Part shown: piece after piece, positions 1-9,559 of the stretch
How the letters are laid out: each line of letters starts with the position of its first letter
How positions within the stretch are numbered: position 1 is the stretch's first letter
Assembly: GCA_963727445.1 (NCBI GenBank)
Contig: CAVSGI010000008.1
Location: forward strand, 256,001-320,000
DNA: 64,000 nucleotides
Direction: 5' to 3'
DNA from: an uncultured delta proteobacterium
Lineage (GTDB): Bacteria; Myxococcota_A; Polyangia; Polyangiales; B10-G4
Made by a program: the position numbers and the translations under genes
Notes under the pieces: generated by a model
Database searches by the model: none
What the model was told of the DNA's origin: nothing
What the model saw: the letters and a program-made list of their open reading frames with translations, nothing else

Positions 1-2
1 TG

Positions 3-896
3 ACCGCCGACGGAAACGCGGGCGACTCGGGAGACCTCACGCTCACCGCCGACGCCGTGAGCTGCCCCGACACCAACCTGGTGCCGGCGATCCTGCCGGT
101 GGAGACCACCACCGTGGGTCGGCCCGACGACTACTCGTCCAGCTGCGGCGGCACCGGCGCGGGCGATCGCGCGTTCCGCTACACCGCCGGCACGGATGGA
201 TTCCGCCGCTTCCGGATGATGGCGGAGACCACCGGCTTCCGGCCGCTGATCAGCATGGAGCGCGGACCGATCTGTGGCGGCGACAACGTCCAATGCGAGG
301 CGTCGAATCAGGACGTCGCGGAGATCACCCGCTACCTCTACGCCGACGAGGTGGTCACCATCCACGTCGACGGTCGCGCGTCCGGCCACGAAGGCGACTA
401 CAAGCTCGAGGTGGAGGAGCCGACCACGCTGTCCTGCACCACCACCGACCTCGGCGCAGGGCCCGTCTCCGGCACCCTCTCGGTGGGCGACACGCACACC
501 CACAGCGGCAGCTGCGGCGAGGCGTATTACGTCCAGTCGAGGTCGCCGCGGGTCACCCACCCCAACCCCGACATCGCCGTCCGCGTCACTGGAGTCATGA
601 TGCCGCCGCCTCCGCCCTGCTCCATCGCCTGCATGGTCGACGTGAGCGCGGGTTTCCCCTTCATCCTCTCGGTGCAGGAGACCACGACCTGCAATGGCGA
701 CGAGATCGCGTGTCAGAGCTCCATGCCGAACGGCACGGGTTTCCGCGGATCGGTCGAGCTGGTCCATCTCGAGCCCGCTGGGGGCGAGGTGATCATCATC
801 CTGGACCGGCAGATCCAGGACAACGACGTCTCCGGCATCGCGGTGCCCTACCCCGACAACTACTCCATCAGCTACGGCTGCGCCGCGATCTGCTGA
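3..896 (+). CDS. Cys-rich secreted/surface protein with PPC-like beta-sandwich modules, 5'-truncated by the window edge
   Basis: The frame of ORF 57..896 is open back to position 3 (TADGNAGDSGDLTLTADAVSC...). It has repeated 'SCG...D..F.YTA' and 'C.G.EIAC' motifs typical of myxobacterial extracellular proteins. Confidence 0.6.
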   Translation, partial: TADGNAGDSGDLTLTADAVSCPDTNLVPAILPVETTTVGRPDDYSSSCGGTGAGDRAFRYTAGTDGFRRFRMMAETTGFRPLISMERGPICGGDNVQCEASNQDVAEITRYLYADEVVTIHVDGRASGHEGDYKLEVEEPTTLSCTTTDLGAGPVSGTLSVGDTHTHSGSCGEAYYVQSRSPRVTHPNPDIAVRVTGVMMPPPPPCSIACMVDVSAGFPFILSVQETTTCNGDEIACQSSMPNGTGFRGSVELVHLEPAGGEVIIILDRQIQDNDVSGIAVPYPDNYSISYGCAAIC

Positions 897-905
897 GCGC
901 GTCGC

Positions 906-1694
906 TCAGAATCGGCCGTCGAGGCGCACGGCGCCGGGCCCGACGCTGAGGGCGACCTCTGGCTGCTCCTCGTCGGAGCCGCCGTCGAGGAGGATGAGGG
1001 TCACACCCGCGGCCGCCGCCACGGCCCCGACGAAGAGGAGCACGGTGCTCGCGGTCCCGAGCGCGTTCCCGCGATCGATGTCGCCGGCGCGGTCCGGCGG
1101 GCAGACGTCGCCGGGGCAGGCGCCCTCGAGATCGCTGTAGACCCCGTGGGCAGCGACGCCGGTGATCAGAGAGGTCACCAGGAGCGCGCCGCCGAGCGCC
1201 GCCGACCCGATCCCCACCCAGAAGAGGGTGCCCGGTCCCGAGGCTTCCACGGGCTCGGACGGCATCACCGACTCGTTGACCAACTCTTCGGTCTCGGTCT
1301 CTTCGGCGTCTTCGTCCTGTGCCTGTCGCGCCGCGGCCTCGGCTTCGGCATGAGCTTGCTGCGCGCGAAGTCGTTCCAGCTTCGGCGCGATGGTCGGGTA
1401 GAGATCGTCGCCGGGATCGAGCTCGGAGGACGCCTGCTCGAGGGTGCGGATGGCGCCCGGCAGGTCGCCCGCGGCTTCGAGCGCGCGCGCCTGATTCACC
1501 AGAAGCGCAGGGCGACCGCTCAGGCGGTAGGCCTCGCCGAACGCTTCGGCCGCCTGCTGGTATTCGGCGCGTGAGAAATACGTGCGCCCGGTCTCGAAGA
1601 AGTGACGCGCGAGCTCGTCGTCGGACTGCTGCGCCGAGGCGACGGTCGGGATCAGGGCCATCGAGAGAAGGAAGAGCGCGACGAGGCGAGCCAT
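906..1694 (-). CDS. TPR-containing protein with signal peptide and C-terminal hydrophobic segments (PEGA-associated type)
   Basis: Signal peptide MARLVALFLLSMALIPTVASA; TPR 'ARHFFETGRTYFSRAEYQQAAEAFGEAYRLS'; C-terminal hydrophobic helices and the terminal ...VRLDGRF. Confidence 0.8.
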   Translation of the reverse strand: MARLVALFLLSMALIPTVASAQQSDDELARHFFETGRTYFSRAEYQQAAEAFGEAYRLSGRPALLVNQARALEAAGDLPGAIRTLEQASSELDPGDDLYPTIAPKLERLRAQQAHAEAEAAARQAQDEDAEETETEELVNESVMPSEPVEASGPGTLFWVGIGSAALGGALLVTSLITGVAAHGVYSDLEGACPGDVCPPDRAGDIDRGNALGTASTVLLFVGAVAAAAGVTLILLDGGSDEEQPEVALSVGPGAVRLDGRF

Positions 1695-1749
1695 GGCGCG
1701 GACGATAGCCGGGCCCCAGCCCGCCGTCGAGCACCTCGTGAGGCGAGGC

Positions 1750-3207
1750 TCAGCGACAACCGCCGAGCCCGCAGGTCCCCGAGCAGCACTGATCGTCGCG
1801 CGCGCAGCCGCCGCCGCGTTCCACGCAGCAGCGACCGGCCTGGCACTGGTGACCGTTGCAGCACTGCTCGTCGTGGGCGCACCCGTCGCCGATGATCACG
1901 CAGCAGACACGGGGGGTGCCGGTGCAGGCGCGGCCGTCGTAGCACTGAGAACGGTCGGTGCAGGGCGTGCCGATCTGGATTCGACAGGTGGAGTCGCTCG
2001 GCGCGCACGCGTGTCCGCTACAGCAGTCGCCGCCGCCCACGACGCAGGAATCGAAGAGCCCGCCGCAGGTGGGCGCGGCGGGGTCGCCGGAGTCCGACGT
2101 GCCCGGGTCGGAGGTGCCCGGGTCGGAGGTGCCTGGGTCGGAGGTGCCCGGGTCGGAGGTGCCCGGGTCGGACGTGCCCGGGTCGTCCGAGGGCGCCGGT
2201 GCGGTACTTCCACGGGTGATGTCCCCGCCCTCGAGAACGCGGTGGTAGACGTCCTGCGCTTCCCAGCGCCCGTCGTTGGACGCGTGCGTCTGGTTGAAGC
2301 TCCACCCGTAGCTCGCGTAGCCGAGGAAGGGCAGCGAGACCGCCGCGCGCGTCCGAACGCGAATGGCGCGCAGCCAGTTGGAGAGCCGCAGCCCCTCACG
2401 CCCGCGGCCGAAGTCGGCGGGCGTCTGCGCGAAGTGCTCCGTCAGGACGAGGCGCTGCGGACGCACCCCCTGACGGCCGTACCAGGTGATGCTCGACTGA
2501 TAGACGCTCCGGCAGTAGCTCTCGGAGTAGCCGTTTGCAGCGATCTCGCCGCCGCCGATGTAGTGCTCGACGCCGATCACTGCGTGTCGCGCGATGGCTT
2601 CCCAATCCGCCGGGTGGTGAACGCCGCGGAGCCCGGGTCGGTTGAACGGGGAGAACACCAGCACCTTGCGGGCGTAGCGCTCGGACAGATGTCGGGCGAG
2701 CTCCGCGACGTAGCGCCGATAGCGCGCACCTTCCGCGGTCTGCGCGAGCCACTGGCTCCGCGAGATCTCGTTGAGCAGAAACCACCGGGGCATGACCGCG
2801 AAGCGGGAATGCGCCAGGGCCACGAGGGCGTCGGCCTTCGCCGCGGCGCCGCCTCGCCAATCGTCGTTCATCGCGTTGACGTAGAACGCCCCGCGATTGC
2901 CCATGGCGTGCATCTGGTCGGCGCGTGCGTCCGAGGAGACCACCAGATGGTGCCCGCGGCGGCGCCCATCGCTCCCCACGAACCCGTAGTTCTGGTGGTC
3001 GAAGTCCGCCTGGCAGAAGCACTGATCGGCCGCGGGATCGCAGCGATCCGCACCCGCACACCCGCCGGTCGACGCCATGTCGAAATAGGGCCGAAAGACG
3101 CTCTCGGTGCTGGAGCTCAGGACGTCGAGCTCGTCGTCGGAGGCGGGCGCAGCGATACACGCGCTGGCGACCAAGAGCAGGACCAGGAGGTGAGCATGTC
3201 GGATCAC
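1750..3207 (-). CDS. Lipoprotein: putative glycoside-hydrolase-like domain, (DPGTS)6 linker, Cys-rich C-terminus; start uncertain (3207-3225)
   Basis: Lipobox-like LLVLLLVASAC; 'WFLLNEIS' and 'LVLTEHF' motifs; CC-containing repeats at the C-terminus. Confidence 0.7.
   Translation of the reverse strand: MIRHAHLLVLLLVASACIAAPASDDELDVLSSSTESVFRPYFDMASTGGCAGADRCDPAADQCFCQADFDHQNYGFVGSDGRRRGHHLVVSSDARADQMHAMGNRGAFYVNAMNDDWRGGAAAKADALVALAHSRFAVMPRWFLLNEISRSQWLAQTAEGARYRRYVAELARHLSERYARKVLVFSPFNRPGLRGVHHPADWEAIARHAVIGVEHYIGGGEIAANGYSESYCRSVYQSSITWYGRQGVRPQRLVLTEHFAQTPADFGRGREGLRLSNWLRAIRVRTRAAVSLPFLGYASYGWSFNQTHASNDGRWEAQDVYHRVLEGGDITRGSTAPAPSDDPGTSDPGTSDPGTSDPGTSDPGTSDPGTSDSGDPAAPTCGGLFDSCVVGGGDCCSGHACAPSDSTCRIQIGTPCTDRSQCYDGRACTGTPRVCCVIIGDGCAHDEQCCNGHQCQAGRCCVERGGGCARDDQCCSGTCGLGGCR
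2099..2185. repeat. 15-bp coding tandem repeat (GTGCCCGGGTCGGAG, about 6 copies) encoding DPGTS on the minus strand
   Basis: Directly visible units starting at 2099, 2114, 2129, 2144, 2159 and 2174. Confidence 0.95.
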
Positions 3208-3364
3208 GACGTGGGTACAGAGCAAGGGGCGCGCCGACGCCGCACCGGCGAAATTGCCACTCGGATGCGGAGGCGAGGCGGCGCTAGGAGCGCGGGAGTG
3301 TGGGGCTCGCGCACCCCAGCTCGAACAGAAACTGACCGATGGGGCGCGGGACGCCCCGTGACGA

Positions 3365-4252
3365 TCAACCGCTCAGCTCTTCCATCAACATCTCGACCAC
3401 GCGCTCCCCCGCACGGCCGAGCGTCGGGTCCACGCGACTGACGAGGTGCGGCGAGAAGACGAAATGGTCCCCTTCTTCGAAACCGAGTGGCGCGAGCCGT
3501 CCCGACGCGAGGTCTTCGCTCACCAAATGGCGAGGCATCCACCCGAAACCGACGCCCTCGAGCAGCGCGAGCCGCTTGCTGTGGAAGTCGCTGAGTCGAA
3601 AGACGTGTGAACTGCCGAGGGAGAGCCGTCCCCGGCCTCGCACCCCCCCAGGCCGCGAGTCTTCCACCGAGAGCTCCGTGTGGCGACTGAGCGCCGCGCG
3701 ATTGAGCGGCTCGGACTGTCTGACCGGATGGTCGGGACGGGCCACCAGGATCATCTCGACCGGCGGCATGGGACGGGCGCGCAATGACCGCCCCCCTTTG
3801 AAATCGAGGACGAGCATGAGGTCCGCCTCCTCGGTGGTGAAGCGATGCTCGACCCCGCCCAGATGCTCGACTCGAAGCGACAGCCGCGTGGGCGCCCCTT
3901 CCGCCTCGAAACGGGACAGGGCCCTCAGGATGGGCGGCAGAGGAAAGAGGCCGTCGACCACCAACGCGAGCGCTGGCTCCCACGCCAGGCGGAGGTCGTG
4001 GGCCACGCGCTCGAGGCGCCGCGCCCGGGACAACAGATCGCGGCCCTCCTCGAGCACCAATCGACCGGCCACGGTGAGGATCGCCCGATGCCGGCTGCGG
4101 TCGAAGAGCGTGATCCCCAGGGCCTCCTCGAGATTGCGGATCGCGTAGCTGACAGCGGAGGTCGCCCGATGAAGCTCTTTCGCCGCCCCCGCGAAGCTTC
4201 CCGAGCGATCGATGGCGTCGAGAACCGCCAATTGATCGAGGGAGAGGGCCAC
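3365..4252 (-). CDS. LysR-family transcriptional regulator
   Basis: N-terminal LysR HTH 'LDQLAVLDAIDRSGSFAGAAKELHRATSAVSYAIRNLEEALGITLFDRS'; divergent from hmgA. Confidence 0.95.
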   Translation of the reverse strand: MALSLDQLAVLDAIDRSGSFAGAAKELHRATSAVSYAIRNLEEALGITLFDRSRHRAILTVAGRLVLEEGRDLLSRARRLERVAHDLRLAWEPALALVVDGLFPLPPILRALSRFEAEGAPTRLSLRVEHLGGVEHRFTTEEADLMLVLDFKGGRSLRARPMPPVEMILVARPDHPVRQSEPLNRAALSRHTELSVEDSRPGGVRGRGRLSLGSSHVFRLSDFHSKRLALLEGVGFGWMPRHLVSEDLASGRLAPLGFEEGDHFVFSPHLVSRVDPTLGRAGERVVEMLMEELSG

Positions 4253-4259
4253 GCGAGCA

Positions 4260-4276
4260 GTTCAGTTTTTCTGAAC
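4260..4276. promoter_or_regulatory. LysR-type T-N11-A inverted repeat (GTTCAG-TTTTT-CTGAAC)
   Basis: Perfect dyad with T4262-N11-A4274 in the AT-rich gap between lysR and hmgA. Confidence 0.7.
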
Positions 4277-4332
4277 GAGTTTGTCAACATTCACTTCTTT
4301 ATTCGAACGAGACCGGGAGCTATCTACAGGCC

Positions 4333-5448
4333 ATGCACTACCTACGCGGCAAGGTCACCCGGCAGGCGCACGTCGACATCCCCGAGGGCACGGTCGAGGA
4401 GGAGTTCGGCCGGAAGGGGTTCTTCGGCAGGGCGAGCCACCTCTATAGGAAACACGCCCCGGTGGGCTGGAGCCGGATTGAGGGTCCGATGCGCCCCCGC
4501 GCGCTCGCCCTCTACGAGCTCCGCGGTGAGGGGGAGGCGGCGGATTACCTCGCCATGCGGCCGGCCTTCGTCGAAAACGAGGACGTCACGCTGCGCTTCG
4601 CGCGGGTCACCCAGACCATGCCCTACCTCTTCCGCAACGCGGACGCGGACGAGGTGCTCTTCGTCCACCAGGGGACGGGGCGGCTGGAGACCGACTTCGG
4701 CCCGCTGACATACGAGCCCGGCGACTACCTGGTGATCCCGAGGGGCACGGTGCACCGGCTCATCCCGAGCGACGTCACGTCCCTCTTGGTGATCGAGTCG
4801 CGTCACGAGATCGAGCTGCCGGACAAGGGCATCCTCGGGCGTCACGCGCTCTTCGATCCCGCGATGGTCGACGTGCCCACCCCCGAGCCGCCCGTCGATG
4901 ACGGACGCGAGGAGTGGGAGCTCCGCGTGCAGCGGGGCGGCGTCCTGACCTCGATCTTCTATCCCTTCCATCCCATCGACACCGTCGGCTGGAAGGGCGA
5001 CCTCTGCGCGTGGCGGATCAACGTCCGCGACATCCGGCCGGTGATGAGCGAGCGCTATCACCTGCCGCCGTCGGCGCACGCCACCTTCGTGACCGACGCC
5101 TTCGTGGTCTGCACCTTCCTGCCCCGCGGCCTCGAGACCGGGGACGAAGGTGCGCTGAAGGTGCCCTTCTATCACGCCAACATCGACTACGACGAAGTGC
5201 TCTTCTACCACCGCGGCGACTTCTTCAGCCGCGAAGGCATCCGCCCGGGGATGGCGACCTTCCACCCGCAGGGCATTCATCACGGGCCACAGCCCGGCGC
5301 CGTGGCGGCCGCCAAAGACCGCACGCGCACCGAGGAGGTCGCGGTGATGGTCGACACGCTCCGGCCCCTCGAGGTGAGCGCACCCGCCCTGGAGGTGGAC
5401 ATCGCCGACTACTGGAAGAGCTGGCAGACAGACGCAGGGAGGAAGTGA
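4333..5448 (+). CDS. hmgA: Homogentisate 1,2-dioxygenase
   Basis: Motifs FRNADADEVLFVHQG, VPFYHANIDYDEVLFYH and HPQGIHHGP; directly upstream of hppD. Confidence 0.93.
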   Translation: MHYLRGKVTRQAHVDIPEGTVEEEFGRKGFFGRASHLYRKHAPVGWSRIEGPMRPRALALYELRGEGEAADYLAMRPAFVENEDVTLRFARVTQTMPYLFRNADADEVLFVHQGTGRLETDFGPLTYEPGDYLVIPRGTVHRLIPSDVTSLLVIESRHEIELPDKGILGRHALFDPAMVDVPTPEPPVDDGREEWELRVQRGGVLTSIFYPFHPIDTVGWKGDLCAWRINVRDIRPVMSERYHLPPSAHATFVTDAFVVCTFLPRGLETGDEGALKVPFYHANIDYDEVLFYHRGDFFSREGIRPGMATFHPQGIHHGPQPGAVAAAKDRTRTEEVAVMVDTLRPLEVSAPALEVDIADYWKSWQTDAGRK

Positions 5449-6476
5449 TGGACAACCCCATCGGTATCGACGGAATCGCGTTCGTGGAATTCGCCGCCCC
5501 GACCTCGGTCGGCGCCGACGAGATCGGACAGCTCTTCTTCTCCCTGGGCTTTTCCAGAACGATGCGGCACGAAAAGCTCGACGCCGACGTCTACGAGCAG
5601 GGGGACATCGTCTTCATCGTCAACGACGAGCAGGACAGCTTCTCGTCGCGCTTCGCCGAAGAGCACGGGCCATGCATCCCCTCGATGGGGTGGTGGGTCG
5701 AGGACCAACGCACGGCGATCGCCGCGGCCGTTCGGCGGGGCGCCGAGGAGTATCGCGGCGACAAGCTCTTCGACGCGCCGGCCATCTACGGCATCGGCGG
5801 CTCCCTGATCTATTTCGTCCGCAAGGGAGAGCGCCCCACCTGGCGGCGTCAGCTCCTCGAGCTCGAGCGGCCGGATCGCGTCCCGAGCCGCGGCTTCTAC
5901 GCCATCGACCACCTCACCAACAACGTGACCAAGGGCACGATGAAGAAGTGGGCGGCCTTCTACGAGAAGGTGTTCGGCTTCACCGAGGTCCGCTACTTCG
6001 ACATCCGCGGCGAAAAGACGGGTCTGACCAGCTTCGCGCTCCGCTCACCCTGTGGGCGCTTCTGCATCCCGATCAACGAAGGCTCGGAGGACAAGTCGCA
6101 GATCGAGGAGTACCTGCGCGAATACCGCGGCCCCGGCGTCCAGCACCTGGCGCTGATCAGCGAGGACCTGCTCGCGAGCCTCGAAGGGCTCCCGGACTCG
6201 GGCGTCGTGACCCTCGACATCGACGACGAGTACTACGACACGGTCTTCGATCGGGTTCCGGGGGTCATCGAGGACCGAGACGACATCGCGAAGAAGCAGG
6301 TGCTGGTGGACGGCGACGCGTCCGGCTACCTGCTGCAGATCTTCACGACGAACGTCATCGGCCCCATCTTCTTCGAGATGATCCAGCGCCGAAACCACCT
6401 CAGCTTCGGTGAAGGCAACTTCAGCGCTCTGTTCCGAAGCATCGAGCGGGACCAGGCGCGCCGCGGCGTGCTGTAG
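5448..6476 (+). CDS. hppD: 4-hydroxyphenylpyruvate dioxygenase
   Basis: Start MDNPIGIDGIAFVEF overlaps the hmgA stop (TGATG); iron-ligand motifs IDHLT, GVQHLA and FFEMIQR; FGEGNFSALFRSIERDQARRGVL. Confidence 0.96.
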   Translation: MDNPIGIDGIAFVEFAAPTSVGADEIGQLFFSLGFSRTMRHEKLDADVYEQGDIVFIVNDEQDSFSSRFAEEHGPCIPSMGWWVEDQRTAIAAAVRRGAEEYRGDKLFDAPAIYGIGGSLIYFVRKGERPTWRRQLLELERPDRVPSRGFYAIDHLTNNVTKGTMKKWAAFYEKVFGFTEVRYFDIRGEKTGLTSFALRSPCGRFCIPINEGSEDKSQIEEYLREYRGPGVQHLALISEDLLASLEGLPDSGVVTLDIDDEYYDTVFDRVPGVIEDRDDIAKKQVLVDGDASGYLLQIFTTNVIGPIFFEMIQRRNHLSFGEGNFSALFRSIERDQARRGVL

Positions 6477-6478
6477 TC

Positions 6479-7193
6479 CTAGGCGAAGAACTCGGCGGCG
6501 AACTCGGTGGCGGGGCGCGCGGCGATCTCCGTTCGGACTCCCCGTCTGGACGACCTCGCCGGCCTCGACGACGTACACCCGCGCCGCCATGGCGCGGACG
6601 TCGCGCGCGTCGTGGGTGACCACGAGGGCGGGGGCGTCGCCGCCGCCGAGCTGCTCCGAGAGGAACGCGCGCATGCGGCGGCGCGCGGAGGCGTCGAGGG
6701 CCGCCATGGGCTCGTCGAGGAGCAGGAGCCTCGGCTCCACCAACAGCGCGCGCGCCAGGGCGACCTTCTGCCGCTCGCCACCGGAGAGGGTGGCGGGTCG
6801 CCTGTCCGCGAGCTTTTCGCATCCCATCCGCGCGAGCATCTCCATCGCTCGCTCGCGACGCGACGCGCGCGCCATCCCGCGCGAAGCCAGGGCGAAGGCG
6901 ACGTCGTCGACGACCCGGAGATGTTCGAAGAGACCGTAGCCCTGGGGCACGTACCCGACCCGCCGATCCTCCGGAGACATCCACACGCCGCGCTCGGTGT
7001 CGGCGAGGGTGAGGTCGTCGACCGTCACCTTTCCCGCCGCGCCCGCGATGGGGCGCCCGGCGACCCAGCGAAGGAGGCTGGTCTTGCCGGCGCCGTTGGG
7101 ACCGATGAGCGCGACCGGGGCGCCCTCGCCTTCGAGACGGACGTCGATGTCCACCTCGCCGACCCGCGCCCTGAGCGTGACCTCCCAGCTCAC
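6479..7193 (-). CDS. modC: Molybdate ABC transporter ATP-binding subunit (+1 frameshift near 6532, probably a sequencing error)
   Basis: Walker A GPNGAGKT, signature LSGGERQ, LLLLDEP and VTHD; the C-terminus ([16 protein letters not shown]) lies in another frame. Confidence 0.85.
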
Positions 7194-7987
7194 GTCCCCA
7201 GCCCCCGGCGACGCAGGAGCACACGCGGGACGACGCGAAGGACGAAGAGCAGGAGCACGGCGATGGCGGCGAGGACCAGCGACAGCGCGATGGCGACGCG
7301 CACGTCGACCTCGAGCGCTCCGTAGATGGCGAGGGGCATCGTCTGGGTGACGCCAGGGAGGTTTCCCGCGAAGAGCAGCGTCGCCCCGAACTCGCCGATG
7401 GCGCGGGCCCACGAGAGCGCCGCGCCGGCGAGGAGCCCCGGAAGGGCGATGGGAAGCGCCACGCGCACGAAGGCGCCGGTGGGCGACGCGCCCAGCGTGC
7501 GGGCGACCAGGAGCAGATCGAGGTCGACCTTTCGGAAGGCGGTGCTCGCCGATTGCACGTAGAAGGGAGCGGAGACCACCACCTGGGCCAGGACCACCGC
7601 CGTGGTCGTGAAGGGCACGTTGACGCCCACGGCTTCGAGAACGGGGCCGAGGAGCCCCCGCCGCCCGAAGGTCGTCAGGAGCGCGATGCCGACCACCGCC
7701 GGCGGAATGACCACCGGCAGGTCCACGAGCATCTCCACCACGCGCGCGCGGCGGCGCTCGCTGGTGGCGAGCCACCACGCGAGAGGCGTGCCCGTCGCGA
7801 CCACGACGGCGAGGCTCAGCAAGGTGGTGCGCACCGTGAGCGCCAGCGCCGGCAGGAAGAGCCGGTGCGACAGGCCCGCCGCGATGTCCGCCGGTCCCGA
7901 CGAGAGCGCCAGCGCGATCACCGGCAGCACCAGGAGGGTCAGAAGAAGGACCGAGGGAACGACGGTGTTGAAGAGCCTCCCTTTCAT
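7190..7987 (-). CDS. modB: Molybdate ABC transporter permease
   Basis: [18 protein letters not shown] and [30 protein letters not shown]. Confidence 0.93.
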   Translation of the reverse strand: MKGRLFNTVVPSVLLLTLLVLPVIALALSSGPADIAAGLSHRLFLPALALTVRTTLLSLAVVVATGTPLAWWLATSERRRARVVEMLVDLPVVIPPAVVGIALLTTFGRRGLLGPVLEAVGVNVPFTTTAVVLAQVVVSAPFYVQSASTAFRKVDLDLLLVARTLGASPTGAFVRVALPIALPGLLAGAALSWARAIGEFGATLLFAGNLPGVTQTMPLAIYGALEVDVRVAIALSLVLAAIAVLLLFVLRVVPRVLLRRRGLGT

Positions 7988-8739
7988 GGCGCGGCGGAGA
8001 GACCGTGGGCAGCGAGGATGCGGCGTCCGACCGTGCCCCCGAGCATGTCGAGGAAGCGGCGCGCGAGCTCCGGAGACGAAGACGACGTGACGACGCCCGC
8101 GTAGTACTCGGCGGTGGGGCCGAGGGCGTCGGGCACCGAGATGGCGCGCACACCGGGCGAGTGGGCGGCGTCGCTCCGATAGACGATCGCGGCGTCGGCT
8201 TCGCCGAGCTCCACCTTCGCGCGCACCAGGCGCACGTTGCTCTCCTCGGAGACGACGTGGGCGCGCACCGACGCGACGAAATCCTCGCCCAGAGCCTCTC
8301 GCGCGTTCGCGAAGAGCTCGCGCGTGTAGCGCCCTACCGGCACGGTCTCGTCGCCGATCACTACCCGCGGGGCGCGCTCGAGATCCTCGAAGCTGCGGAT
8401 CTCCGTGTCCTCGGTAGGCACGATCACGACCAGCTCGTTTCGCGCGAAGATCCGGGCGTCCGTCACCAGGCCCTGGCTCTCGAGGGCCCGGATGTGCGAC
8501 GCATCGGCCGACGCGAAGACGTCGGCGGGCGCCCCCTGCTCGATCTGCAGGCGCAGGATCTGGCTGCCGGCGAAGCTGGTCGTCACCTCCGCCCCCACGT
8601 CCTCTTCGAGCTGCTCCGCGAGCTCGCCGAACACGTCCGTCAGAGACGACGCCGCGAAGACCGTGAGGTGTCCGCGCGACTGTTCGGATGCGTCATCACA
8701 GCCGGCGACGAGCAAGAGAGCGGTCAGGAGCGCCGTCAT
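7984..8739 (-). CDS. modA: Molybdate ABC transporter substrate-binding lipoprotein
   Basis: [14 protein letters not shown] lipobox; [31 protein letters not shown] and [12 protein letters not shown]. Confidence 0.93.
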   Translation of the reverse strand: MTALLTALLLVAGCDDASEQSRGHLTVFAASSLTDVFGELAEQLEEDVGAEVTTSFAGSQILRLQIEQGAPADVFASADASHIRALESQGLVTDARIFARNELVVIVPTEDTEIRSFEDLERAPRVVIGDETVPVGRYTRELFANAREALGEDFVASVRAHVVSEESNVRLVRAKVELGEADAAIVYRSDAAHSPGVRAISVPDALGPTAEYYAGVVTSSSSPELARRFLDMLGGTVGRRILAAHGLSAAP

Positions 8740-8750
8740 CGAGCCCGGCC

Positions 8751-9539
8751 TCAGCGGCCCTCGAACTCGCCCTTGCGGCGTTCGATGAAGCTGCGCACCC
8801 CTTCCGCCGCGTCTTCGCTCGCGAGGATCCGAGGCAGGAGCGCGCCGAGGTGCTTCTTCGCGGCGCCCTCCCCTTCGTCCCGCGCGACGCGCGCGTTTTC
8901 GAGGGTGCCCCGAACGCCGAGCGGCGCTTGCTCGGCGATGAGCGCGGCCAGCGCCTCGGCGCGGGCCACGTGCGCCCCAGGCTCGGTGACCTCTTGTACC
9001 AGTCCAATCCGATACGCCTCGTCGGCGCCGAACTCCTCGGCGGTCAAGAGGAAGCGCATGGCATTGCCCCAGCCCAGCTGCGCTGGCGCGCGCATGGTCG
9101 CGCCGCCGAAGGGCAGGATGCCGCGACCGATCTCGAGCTGCCGGAAGCGCACGTCCCGCGCAGCGACGACGATGTCGGAGGCGAGAGCCAGCTCGATGCT
9201 GAGGGTGAAGGCGATGCCGCTGAGCGCCAGGACGATGGGCTTGCTCACGGGCGCGCCCCAGAGGCCGAAGGGGTCGACCTTCCGGCCCCCGGCGAGCGCG
9301 GTGGGCCCGTGCTCCGCGACCGCCGGGCCGACCTCCGCGAGATCGAGGCCCGCCGAGAAATGCGGGCCGTGCCCGAAGACCACGCCGACCCGCAGTGCGT
9401 CGTCCTCGGCGAGGCGCTCGTAAGCCGCCGCGAACGCTTCGATGGTCTCGAGGTCGAAGGCGTTGCGCTTGTCCGGTCTGTTGATCCCGATGCACAGGAC
9501 GTGACCCTTCTGCTCGGTCGTGATCTTGGCGCTTGTCAT
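8751..9539 (-). CDS. Crotonase/enoyl-CoA hydratase family protein
   Basis: INRPDKRNAF, HFSAGLDL, ELALASDIVVA and EDAAEGVRSFIERR. Confidence 0.93.
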   Translation of the reverse strand: MTSAKITTEQKGHVLCIGINRPDKRNAFDLETIEAFAAAYERLAEDDALRVGVVFGHGPHFSAGLDLAEVGPAVAEHGPTALAGGRKVDPFGLWGAPVSKPIVLALSGIAFTLSIELALASDIVVAARDVRFRQLEIGRGILPFGGATMRAPAQLGWGNAMRFLLTAEEFGADEAYRIGLVQEVTEPGAHVARAEALAALIAEQAPLGVRGTLENARVARDEGEGAAKKHLGALLPRILASEDAAEGVRSFIERRKGEFEGR

Positions 9540-9559
9540 GGGCCGGGACGCTACCACGC

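Noticed and set aside
2099..2185. Possible CRISPR array
   Set aside because: Head-to-tail 15-mers without spacers, in frame within a CDS, and no cas genes.
1693..3441. Long antisense or alternative-frame ORFs (for example 1693..3441, 10676..12340, 36736..38922, 42495..44783, 45971..48064, 51709..53490, 60784..62706)
   Set aside because: Shadow ORFs expected in high-GC DNA; they overlap well-supported genes and carry no recognisable motifs.
6045..9495. Apparent giant ModC (702 aa) and ModA (503 aa) ORFs
   Set aside because: The extensions are Arg/Pro-rich off-frame readings of neighbouring genes; the real starts are 7193 and 8739.
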